DNA of 32,000 nucleotides from Massilicoli timonensis (GTDB taxonomy: Bacteria; Bacillota_I; Bacilli_A; Erysipelotrichales; Erysipelotrichaceae), in contig NZ_LT963434.1 of assembly GCF_900199515.1 (NCBI RefSeq), positions 753,272 through 785,271 of the forward strand. Direction: 5' to 3'. The position numbers and the translations under genes were made by a program. The notes under the pieces are model-generated. The model worked only from the letters and a program-made list of their open reading frames with translations, ran no database searches and was not told the origin of the DNA. Positions within the stretch are counted from its first letter, which is position 1, and each line of letters begins with the position of its first letter. This document shows, in pieces, positions 24,661-32,000 of the stretch.

Positions 24661-25134
24661 TTAACACTTTTCATGTGCTTTTATTCGTCTTTGATGTTTC
24701 TCCTTTAACCCAAAATACAATCTTGTCAAAGTAGATACCACCACGATGCCAAGTGCCAAGGCTCCGGCTTTCGATAAGGTATCCAGTCCGATCTTCAGCG
24801 CCTGATCGATATCTCCCTGCAATACTTCCACCATTGTTTCATACATACCGCCGCCCGGCACCAGCGGAAGCAGCGCACAGATCACAAATGTCGTAACCGG
24901 TGTGCGATAATAGCGCGCACAGATTTCCGAATACAGCGAAAACAGCACCGCCGCAAGAAACAGCGCCATCACTGCCCCCATTCCCTGTTTTACCAAAAAC
25001 ACATATGCAAAACCGCCAATGCTGCCGCCGGCCGCCGCTGCCCACAGTTTCGCCCCGCGGATATTGAATAAGATCGCAAAGCCCAACGTTGCCAAATAAG
25101 CAGAAATTGCCGCAACGATAAGATGATCGCTCAT
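24661..25134 (-). CDS. Threonine/serine exporter family protein, small subunit (DUF3815-type)
   Basis: 157-aa 4-5 TM protein. ATGA overlap with the upstream ThrE-like gene. Confidence 0.7.
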   Translation of the reverse strand: MSDHLIVAAISAYLATLGFAILFNIRGAKLWAAAAGGSIGGFAYVFLVKQGMGAVMALFLAAVLFSLYSEICARYYRTPVTTFVICALLPLVPGGGMYETMVEVLQGDIDQALKIGLDTLSKAGALALGIVVVSTLTRLYFGLKEKHQRRIKAHEKC

Positions 25135-25904
25135 AAAGCACCTCCGATCCAGCTCATACACATACTAAGCGCAAACCCGACACCGAGCGCAATCGCCACT
25201 GCAACCAAAAATGCTTCACAAGCCCGTGTAAGTCCCGACACCAGATCACCGGCAACCGTATCCCTGATCGCATTGGTAATGGCAATGCCCGGCACCAGCA
25301 GCATGATACTGGAAATAATGATGATATCCAAGTTGCTTCCGATTTCGATCCACACCGTAAACACCGATAAAAATCCGGCTACCACCGAAGAAACAACAAT
25401 ATTAAAAAAAGTGTTGATCTGCAGCGTCTCCATTTTCAAGCTGACTGTTTTGATCGCCATTCCCACTAAGAAACTGGAAAACGCCTCACCCAATCCACCG
25501 CCGAAAAAAAACGCAAAACCAAATGCACTCAGCCCGGAAAACAGCCAAATCAGCAGTTCCGAATATCGCTGCCCGTTTTTTATCAAGGTCAGTTCCGCTT
25601 CCAGATCACGAACCGAAATCTTTTCATCACCGATACGCCGTGATAAATCATTGATCAAGTGGATCTTGTTTAAGTCCGTTCCCCGTTCATAGACTCGTTC
25701 TACCCTTGCATAATTGCGATCCTCATAAAAGAAAGAAGTCATGATCCCGGTCGGCATGACAAAACTGCTGGCATGCTGTACCCCGTAAGCATTGCAGATC
25801 CGAATGATCGTCTCTTCGACCCGATACGTCTCCGCACCGCTTTCCAAAAGCATACGTCCGGCAACGCTGGCAGCTTTCAATAATCGATTGGCATCTAGTG
25901 TCAT
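25131..25904 (-). CDS. Threonine/serine exporter family protein (ThrE/DUF1212-type)
   Basis: N-terminal LLESGAETYRVEETIIRI motif plus a C-terminal TM bundle. RBS AGGAAAGG. Confidence 0.75.
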   Translation of the reverse strand: MTLDANRLLKAASVAGRMLLESGAETYRVEETIIRICNAYGVQHASSFVMPTGIMTSFFYEDRNYARVERVYERGTDLNKIHLINDLSRRIGDEKISVRDLEAELTLIKNGQRYSELLIWLFSGLSAFGFAFFFGGGLGEAFSSFLVGMAIKTVSLKMETLQINTFFNIVVSSVVAGFLSVFTVWIEIGSNLDIIIISSIMLLVPGIAITNAIRDTVAGDLVSGLTRACEAFLVAVAIALGVGFALSMCMSWIGGAL

Positions 25905-25959
25905 ACGCCTTTCCTAGTATGAAGCGATGTGCCTCATATCCCTTTCTTTCAACGTGATT

Positions 25960-25988
25960 ATTATAAACTATTTCGCTCTTGCTGGAAA
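25960..25988 (-). promoter_or_regulatory. Candidate sigma-A promoter for the ThrE-type pair (TTTCCA-17-TATAAT)
   Basis: Minus strand: TTTCCA (25988-25983), 17 nt, TATAAT (25965-25960). Confidence 0.4.
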
Positions 25989-26191
25989 CCGTTTTTCATC
26001 AGAGAAAGCAATTCCTGCTCTTTTCCGCTCATTCGCCGCATTTATGCGCAGCTTCTTTATGGCAGCCATGAAAAAAAGGCGTTCTGCCTAATGCGAGCGC
26101 CCCGTTTCATTTCATCATTTCCTTACTATCTGCATGGATTCTGCTGCACTCTGTTTTTTTGCCCTTTTCTGTCTTGCTGGTCGCTTTCATT

Positions 26192-26836
26192 TTACATCTG
26201 TTCGATCAAAGCCATCGCACCAAGCAGATCCTCCACCACTTCCGCATCACACTTTAACAATGCTTCCCTGCTTTGATGTCCGGCTGCCACCAAGATACAC
26301 GTACACCCAACGCTGCAAGCTACTTCATAATCATGTACGCTGTCGCCGATAAACACGACTTCCTCTTTTCGCAGCCCTTTTTCTTCTATCATCCGTTTTG
26401 CCAATTCTGCCTTGCTGTGCGCATAATAATCCGATAAACCCCAAATATCTGAAAAATAATCGCTGATATCATACTGTGCCAGCTGCTCCTTTAGAAAAGA
26501 TAACTGTGAAGCTGACAATAAGATTTGTTCTTTCCCTTTATGATGTAAACTTGCCAATGCCGTTTCTGCCTGTGCATATAAAGAACAATGCAGAGAAGCC
26601 GGCTGATATACCTCCATATAGCGTTGTGCCAGTATCGGAAACGGCTTTTTCTCAAAGTCAAAGCCGACTTTTTCATAATAAGCGATGACCGGAAACTGAA
26701 ATACCGCGCGATACTGTGCTAGTGTTGCCAGAGGTGCTAATCCTTCTTCCCGCAGCAGCACATTGATTGTCTGAAATCCCAGCTCCACATCATTCAACAG
26801 CGTTCCGTTCCAATCCCATACGACATATCGTTTCAT
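26192..26836 (-). CDS. HAD-superfamily hydrolase (phosphatase-like)
   Basis: Motif I VWDWNGTLLND (Asn, not Asp, at the +2 position) and motif IV VVFIGDSVHDYEVA. Start moved to the ATG at 26836 after GGAGAG. Confidence 0.8.
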   Translation of the reverse strand: MKRYVVWDWNGTLLNDVELGFQTINVLLREEGLAPLATLAQYRAVFQFPVIAYYEKVGFDFEKKPFPILAQRYMEVYQPASLHCSLYAQAETALASLHHKGKEQILLSASQLSFLKEQLAQYDISDYFSDIWGLSDYYAHSKAELAKRMIEEKGLRKEEVVFIGDSVHDYEVACSVGCTCILVAAGHQSREALLKCDAEVVEDLLGAMALIEQM

Positions 26837-27133
26837 CTTCTTCACTCTCCAATGATCGTATTCTACCATAAGCAGGAGAAGAAGGGAAAACAATTTTTAC
26901 AAGTTTTCCTGCTCACTGAAATGATTTCTGTTGATTGCTGCTGTTTTCCCAATAACGCTTACTGCCTGCTTATTACTTTATCATCTTCATCATCTCTTTC
27001 CTTTCTCCACTATCACTTTTTTCCTTCATGCTCCCTTTCCTCTTTCGCCTCTATTTCTTCTTGTTCTTCTTTGTAACCAAGTCCTTATCAAGATGCAAGC
27101 ACTGCTTATCAACAAAAAAACAGCACGATGCAC

Positions 27134-27166
27134 AAAAGCAAAGGACTTCTCCTGCCCTTTGCTTTT
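27134..27166. terminator. Bidirectional terminator hairpin downstream of the cotJB-like gene
   Basis: AAAAGCAAAGG-acttctcctgc-CCTTTGCTTTT (11-bp perfect stem). Confidence 0.6.
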
Positions 27167-27201
27167 TCATTTGCCATGCTTGACGATCGCATCCGTTCCT
27201 T

Positions 27202-27420
27202 TCATAAGGAATCGTCCAATTTATCAAAGCGTTCCTCATACTGCTTCATCAAACAGCAGACAAGACGCTCATAATAGCGATAAGCGCGTCTTGCACAGCA
27301 GTCATCCGGATTTTGTTCCAAATAACGATACACCGTTTTGCGATGCTGTTCAACAATCTGAATTTGCTTTAGCAGCTCTGCTTCAAAATTACAGTCTGCC
27401 CTCTCCACAGCAGTGGCCAT
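27202..27420 (-). CDS. CotJB-like spore coat protein (start uncertain: 27420, 27447 or 27498)
   Basis: LLKQIQIVEQHRKTVYRYLEQNPDDCCARRAYRYYERLVCCLMKQYEERF parallels the CotJB pattern LL..IQ..DF.L.EL.LYLDTHPDD..A...Y... It overlaps the end of the upstream ORF. Confidence 0.55.
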   Translation of the reverse strand: MATAVERADCNFEAELLKQIQIVEQHRKTVYRYLEQNPDDCCARRAYRYYERLVCCLMKQYEERFDKLDDSL

Positions 27421-27700
27421 CTTCTGCTGCTTCTTCCGCAAAGACATTGTCAAATCCCTGTTCTTCGCCAAACGGACCGAAGCCGCCGCGATTTTCAACG
27501 ACTGCGTTTACCCGCCAATGAGAGCAGCGGTTTGCACAGCCACAGTTAGAACGGCGACATCCGCACTGACGGCATCCACACTGATTGCGGCAGCCGCAGG
27601 TATGGCGCGCACAACCACAGCCACAGCGATTGGTATTGCCATTGTTGCCTACTTCACGCACTCTGACATCTGCGATAAAACGATTACTTCTACAAGTCAT
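27389..27700 (-). CDS. Cys-rich (CGC-repeat) small protein with a CotJA-like C-terminal part
   Basis: Strong RBS AAGGAGGAAAATCAT-ATG. Residues 25-59 are RCGCGCARHTCGCRNQCGCRQCGCRRSNCGCANRC. The tail GFGPFGEEQGFDNVFAEEAAEDGH loosely follows the CotJA core (YVPFQ...EAL..GT). Confidence 0.5.
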   Translation of the reverse strand: MTCRSNRFIADVRVREVGNNGNTNRCGCGCARHTCGCRNQCGCRQCGCRRSNCGCANRCSHWRVNAVVENRGGFGPFGEEQGFDNVFAEEAAEDGHCCGEGRL

Positions 27701-27809
27701 ATGATTTTCCTCCTTGGACTTATCTGTTGTCCACTGTATCTTATGTGAGGAACATCTTTACAGGTAGGCTTTTTCTATGGAAACTGTTTTATCGCCTAAT
27801 GATACAAAA

Positions 27810-27838
27810 AAGCGTCTTTCCTTTTTCAAAAAACGCTT
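27810..27838 (-). terminator. Terminator downstream of the deacetylase gene
   Basis: Minus strand AAGCGT-(17 nt)-ACGCTT followed by TTTTGTATC. Confidence 0.45.
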
Positions 27839-27886
27839 CTTTCTTCATTTGCATATGATATTTACCGTTTTCTTTGCCTTGCTTCT

Positions 27887-28693
27887 TTATTGATTCAAAT
27901 ACCAGCGAAACAGAAACATCGGCGTATAGGCGTTGATACTGAAACGCGGCAGTTCATAAGCATCATCACTGCGTTTCATCTTATGGTATTGATGATAACT
28001 GAATGCCAGTTTTACCTTTTCCCTGCGCAGTGCGGCTTTTACCGCATCGTTATATTTACCGTATGGATATGCCATATAATCAGTAGAAACCGCTTCTTTG
28101 GCTGCTTTGATATCTTCGATCAGTTCTTTTTCACTATAAACATTGACCGCATACGTGCCTTCGATCTTACGGTGCAGATGGTAAAAGTGCGAATAGTAGC
28201 GCATCGTGCGATCATCTTGCAGTAAATCATATGGAATATGTGCTTTAGAAGGCGGATCCCATTTTTCATAGTCATATGGAATGCTGTATCCGATCACAAA
28301 GGTGCTCGCTTCAAAGCCATACTTTTCCAAGATCGGTTTCGCCAGTTCATAGGTGGAATAATAACTATCATCAAAAGTGATGACCACTGCCTTGCTGTCT
28401 AATTCCCGCTTCCCCTCATACCACTCATAAAGTTCATCAAGGGAGATCGTATGATAACCGTTCTCCTTCAGATAACGCATCTGTCTTTCAAATGAGGATA
28501 GCGTTGCTGTCCATGGATCAAACAAATATTCACGATATTTATCACCGTCTTCTGCCAAATGATGATAACCGAGTATCGCAATGCGATCTGTTTTTTCAGC
28601 CAACGGTTTTTCCCGGCTCATCCACATGATGCTAATGACAAGCAAAAGCAAGACAAGTAGGCAGCCGATCAAAATGCGATCACGCTTCTTCAT
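27887..28693 (-). CDS. Polysaccharide deacetylase (NodB-homology) with N-terminal membrane anchor
   Basis: MKKRDRILIGCLLVLLLLVISIMW TM segment, then VVITFDDSYYSTYE (TFDD motif). ATG at 28693 forms an ATGA overlap with the upstream stop. Confidence 0.85.
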   Translation of the reverse strand: MKKRDRILIGCLLVLLLLVISIMWMSREKPLAEKTDRIAILGYHHLAEDGDKYREYLFDPWTATLSSFERQMRYLKENGYHTISLDELYEWYEGKRELDSKAVVITFDDSYYSTYELAKPILEKYGFEASTFVIGYSIPYDYEKWDPPSKAHIPYDLLQDDRTMRYYSHFYHLHRKIEGTYAVNVYSEKELIEDIKAAKEAVSTDYMAYPYGKYNDAVKAALRREKVKLAFSYHQYHKMKRSDDAYELPRFSINAYTPMFLFRWYLNQ

Positions 28694-28998
28694 GATTCCT
28701 TCCACTGCGGCAGTGCCACATGACGATCGATCGGCAAAACAAAGATCGCCGCCCGATGCAACAGCGCCTTTTTCGCTTCTTCCACGTGTTCAACAAAACG
28801 CACTGTCGTATGCGCTTGGATACATTGCGCGATTTGATCGATCTGCGATGGCTCACATCCAAGCAAAAAAGTCGTATTGCCATATTGCAAGAACTCCCCG
28901 GTCGTAGCGATCATCGTTGCCTGATAGCCATGCTCGCTTAATGCACTGCTGACACTGTCGCGATCTTCTTCTTTTACGATAAACAGTAATAATACCAT
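28690..28998 (-). CDS. darA: PII-like cyclic-di-AMP receptor family protein (DarA/YaaQ, DUF970)
   Basis: MVLLLFIVKEEDRDSVSSALSEHGYQATMIATTGEFLQYGNTTFLLG...AAIFVLPIDRH aligns by eye with B. subtilis YaaQ (...[21 protein letters not shown]...ATVFVLPVDEF). ATG at 28998 follows GGGAGG. Confidence 0.8.
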   Translation of the reverse strand: MVLLLFIVKEEDRDSVSSALSEHGYQATMIATTGEFLQYGNTTFLLGCEPSQIDQIAQCIQAHTTVRFVEHVEEAKKALLHRAAIFVLPIDRHVALPQWKES

Positions 28999-29012
28999 AG
29001 AGCCTCCCATCG

Positions 29013-30170
29013 CTATTTCTTTTCCTGCTTCAACGTTTCGCACGGTTCTTCCGTTTTCAGCCGATCATCAAACCATGAAATGATCGCATCGGCGATTCGC
29101 TCGCTCGCATGCCCATCACCATATGGATTAGAAGCATGGTGCATGGCCGCATATGCCTGTGCATCACACAGCAGTTTTTTGGTTTCCTGATAAATCGTTT
29201 CTTCTTCTGTGCCCACCAGTTTCAACGTACCGGCCGCAATGCCTTCAGGGCGTTCCGTCGTATCACGCAGTACCAGCACCGGCTTGCCTAATGAGGGCGC
29301 TTCCTCCTGAATGCCGCCGCTATCCGTCAAGATCAAAGTCGCTTGATTTTGGAAGTTATGAAAATCCAGCACCTCCAGCGGTTCGATCAGCCGTACACGC
29401 TCCATTCCCGCGAATACCTCATTGGCAATCTCTCTGACCAAAGGATTTTTATGAATCGGGTAAAGTACCTTCACATCGTCAAATTCTTCGATGATCCGTT
29501 TGATTCCCTGAAAGATCTGCCGCATCGGTTCACCCAGATTTTCTCTTCGATGCGCAGTCAAAAGGATCATCCTGCTGCCTTTTGCCCATTCCAGCTGCGG
29601 ATGGGTATAATCTTTCTTTATCGTTGTCGCCATCGCGTCAATTGCCGTATTGCCGGTAATCACGACCGTTTCCGGACGTTTCCCTTCCCTTAACAAATTT
29701 TGCGCGCTTTGTTTGGTTGGGGCAAAATGCAGATCTGCCAGCACGCCGACCATCTGCCGATTCATTTCTTCCGGATAAGGAGAATATTTATGCCAAGTAC
29801 GCAGTCCCGCTTCCACATGTCCAACCGCGATCTGTTCATAAAAAGCCGCAAGCGCACCGGCAAAGGTCGTCGTCGTATCGCCATGCACCAACACGATATC
29901 CACACGCTCTTGCCGCATCACTTCCTGTAATCCCAAAAGCGCCCTTGTCGTTACATCTGCCAAACTTTGTCCCTGCTTCATAATGTTCAGATCATGATCC
30001 GGAATGAGATCAAATGCGTGCAGCACCTGGTCCAGCATTTCCCGATGCTGCGCCGTTACACAAAGCGTACAGTCGATCTCTTCACGCCGTTTTAATTCCT
30101 TTACCAGCGGCGCCATCTTGATGGCTTCCGGTCTTGTCCCAAACACACACATTACTTTGATCTTTCGCAT
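29013..30170 (-). CDS. wecB: UDP-N-acetylglucosamine 2-epimerase (non-hydrolysing)
   Basis: MRKIKVMCVFGTRPEAIKMAPLV..., HVEAGLRT, LTDSGGIQEEAPSLGKPVLVLRDTTERPE. RBS GGAGG. Confidence 0.92.
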   Translation of the reverse strand: MRKIKVMCVFGTRPEAIKMAPLVKELKRREEIDCTLCVTAQHREMLDQVLHAFDLIPDHDLNIMKQGQSLADVTTRALLGLQEVMRQERVDIVLVHGDTTTTFAGALAAFYEQIAVGHVEAGLRTWHKYSPYPEEMNRQMVGVLADLHFAPTKQSAQNLLREGKRPETVVITGNTAIDAMATTIKKDYTHPQLEWAKGSRMILLTAHRRENLGEPMRQIFQGIKRIIEEFDDVKVLYPIHKNPLVREIANEVFAGMERVRLIEPLEVLDFHNFQNQATLILTDSGGIQEEAPSLGKPVLVLRDTTERPEGIAAGTLKLVGTEEETIYQETKKLLCDAQAYAAMHHASNPYGDGHASERIADAIISWFDDRLKTEEPCETLKQEKK

Positions 30171-30181
30171 GCGCCGCCTCC

Positions 30182-30892
30182 TTACTTCAATCGTTTTATT
30201 TCTCTTACAAAACGGATATTATTTTTCAAAAAACGCTTCATGCGCTTCGGCTCCTTGCCGATGCGATACAGCCATTCCATGCCATGATCGACAAAGAAAT
30301 CCGGCGCCCGCCGCTTTGTACCGCTCAAGACGTCAATACTGCCGCCGACCCCGATAAAGATGCCTGATGAAAACTGATCCAAATACTGATAAAGCAAAAG
30401 TTCCTGCGCAGGAACACCTAATGCCGCCAATACGATATCCGCCTGCTCCTTACAGTTCTCAAGCAGGGCCGCTTCCTTATCCGCAACATAGCCGTTAATC
30501 AGTTTTGTGACGATGATCTGCGGATAGTGCTTTTCGATCTGCCTTGCAAAGCGATCCAGTACCTCCTGCGTACAGCCAAGCACCATGAGCTTTTTATGAC
30601 AGCGGTTTGCCTCTTCCAATAAATGCGCAACTACATCTACGCCCGCAATTTTTTCCACCGATCGTTTCCCGATGCGATGACAGGCCTTTACCACGCCGAT
30701 GCCGTCGGCAATGATCTCTGTTCGCTCATCTAATAACATCGCGGCAATTCTCACTGAATCCAAGGAAGCCATGATGATCTCCGGATTGGCAGTTACAATA
30801 AAACGCTTCTCTCCATGAATCAAACTTTCGCTCAATTCCTGAAAAAAAGCCTGTTTCCGATCCTGATATACTTTTTCCAGTATTTTCTTCAT
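30182..30892 (-). CDS. tagA: WecG/TagA/CpsF-family glycosyltransferase (N-acetylmannosaminyltransferase-like)
   Basis: 236 aa: IIADGIGVVKACHRIG, VLAALGVPAQELLLYQ, GVGGSIDVLSGTKRRAP. Confidence 0.8.
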   Translation of the reverse strand: MKKILEKVYQDRKQAFFQELSESLIHGEKRFIVTANPEIIMASLDSVRIAAMLLDERTEIIADGIGVVKACHRIGKRSVEKIAGVDVVAHLLEEANRCHKKLMVLGCTQEVLDRFARQIEKHYPQIIVTKLINGYVADKEAALLENCKEQADIVLAALGVPAQELLLYQYLDQFSSGIFIGVGGSIDVLSGTKRRAPDFFVDHGMEWLYRIGKEPKRMKRFLKNNIRFVREIKRLK

Positions 30893-30972
30893 CCAATCAC
30901 CAGTTAGATTATATCATAAGTCATGCCATTATCCCAATAGCTTCCAAGACAGATTGTAAAAGAAACATTGCT

Positions 30973-32000
30973 TCATGCTTTTATAAGGGGATGGGAACAG
31001 ATAAAAAGTCCGGCATCCTTGGTGATGGTAAGCGCACCCTGTTCTTGTATCTGTGTTTCGATAAACTGTTTGAACTGCGGCACATGATTGCCGATGATCT
31101 CGTTTTGGTTGCCATGACAACTCAAAATATAATCGACCAGCGGCTGTGCCTGATCTACGACCAGCTTATCTTCATAACGCACGAACTGTACCTGTGCAAA
31201 ATGCTCCTTTAACAGCGCATGGCCGTTTTCTAAGCCAAAGCGTTCATATAAACATTCATCAGATAATGAGATCCGCTCATCAAATGCCTTTGCCAGTTCA
31301 CTTAATTCAGCCATATGTGCTTTGCCATACGTACTGCAATATAAAATGCCCTGTTTTCCCAAGACCCGCGTGATTTCATGCAGGCAGCTCTGCACATCCT
31401 TCACATAAAACAGCATATGATTGGCGATCACCGTATCAAAGTAAGCATTCTTAAAAGGGATCTGTTTGGCATCAATGACAAGATAACTGAAATCATCGCC
31501 GGCGATCTGCTTGGCCTGTGCCAACATGCCTTCGGAAATGTCAGACAGAAAAAACTCCCGGTTGCGCACATTGATCTTATGATACTCCCACAGTTTGCCA
31601 TTCCCGCATCCCAGCTCCAGCAGTTTATTTACCTTGGAAAAATCGATCTGCTGATAAAGCCAGTCAAACCAGTGGATCGGGCTGATCGAATAACGCTCAT
31701 GCAGGTGAATGCGCACATTGAGGTTGGTCGCATCTTTATAATGCGAGATGATTTTTTCTTCTTGCGTCGTCTGTCGAATCAGCGCCGCGATTCGTTCTGC
31801 ATTCAGTTCCTGCTTCTCCAATAAGGAAATCCCGGTACGCAAAGAATCCTTTAACCCTTTTAAGTGCGCCAGACGCTGATCAATGAAAGCGATCTGTGTT
31901 TCAAAGGATTCTTTCAGCGTATGACGATCCTCATTCAAGATCATCGGAAAGATCTCTTCCAAAGAGAATCCCAGCTGCTTGTAAAAAACGATTTTTTGCA
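30973..32000 (-). CDS. MerR-family HTH fused to class-I SAM-dependent methyltransferase; N-terminus runs off the right edge
   Basis: The frame stays open upstream of the track start (...KKIVFYKQLGFSLEEIFPMI, a MerR wing/linker pattern). SAM motif LLELGCGNGKLW. The track start is only a TTG inside the ORF. Confidence 0.75.
   Translation of the reverse strand, partial: QKIVFYKQLGFSLEEIFPMILNEDRHTLKESFETQIAFIDQRLAHLKGLKDSLRTGISLLEKQELNAERIAALIRQTTQEEKIISHYKDATNLNVRIHLHERYSISPIHWFDWLYQQIDFSKVNKLLELGCGNGKLWEYHKINVRNREFFLSDISEGMLAQAKQIAGDDFSYLVIDAKQIPFKNAYFDTVIANHMLFYVKDVQSCLHEITRVLGKQGILYCSTYGKAHMAELSELAKAFDERISLSDECLYERFGLENGHALLKEHFAQVQFVRYEDKLVVDQAQPLVDYILSCHGNQNEIIGNHVPQFKQFIETQIQEQGALTITKDAGLFICSHPLIKA

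Noticed and set aside
26894-27120. Strongly strand-asymmetric tract (pyrimidine-rich on plus, polypurine on minus) with track ORFs 26852-27076 and 26931-27521, and an E/K-rich minus-strand frame
   Set aside because: The plus-strand ORFs are low-complexity (S/L/F/P). The minus-strand E/K-rich frame (GYKEEQEEIEAKEEREHEGKK*) has no start codon and is bounded by stops. It is most likely non-coding spacer upstream of the HAD promoter (TGgTAGAAT, minus strand, about 26860-26868).
1-32000. tRNA, rRNA, tmRNA, RNase P RNA, CRISPR arrays, IS elements with terminal inverted repeats
   Set aside because: I scanned by eye for T-loop GGTTCGAATCC-type motifs, RNase P/tmRNA conserved cores, and regularly spaced direct repeats. 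None was found. A computational scan (tRNAscan-SE, Infernal, CRISPR finders) should confirm this.

Overview
32-kb chromosomal window from a moderately low-GC, apparently spore-forming Bacillota genome (Clostridia/Erysipelotrichia-like; taxon not determinable here). Three blocks. (1) 1-10.7 kb is a metal/metallophore-style transport locus. A minus-strand Opp/Nik-type ABC importer (2 permeases, 2 ATPases, family-5 lipoprotein running off the left edge) sits beside an AraC-family regulator. That regulator is divergently transcribed from two fused permease-ATPase ABC genes, a MATE transporter and a short DtxR/MntR-family repressor. A shared ATGTGG..TTAGCTG-N3-CTAAC motif lies in front of both transporter operons. 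(2) About 10.7-21.2 kb is a more GC-rich, composite and partly decayed mobile-element island abutting the 3' end of guaA. It holds a Tn916-like regulatory pair (sigma-70 region-4-like protein, XRE repressor) and a ~0.45-kb ORF-free hairpin-dense region (candidate ncRNA/leader). These are followed by a small DUF6870-like gene and three tandem, translationally coupled large serine recombinases. Next comes a single AT-richer orphan gene (Zn-ribbon protein) bracketed by two related hairpins showing compensatory base-pair changes. The block ends with a truncated tyrosine integrase, an Xis-like gene and an XRE regulator. (3) 21.2-32 kb is housekeeping and envelope DNA: guaA, an ABC-F ATPase with one in-frame TAA, a ThrE-type pair, a HAD hydrolase and an orphan cotJA/cotJB-like pair whose first protein carries a CGC-repeat Cys cluster. 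It also holds a tagA-wecB-darA-like-polysaccharide deacetylase operon and a MerR-methyltransferase fusion running off the right edge. I recognised no rRNA, tRNA or CRISPR array. All homology statements come from motif recognition by eye; no database search was possible.
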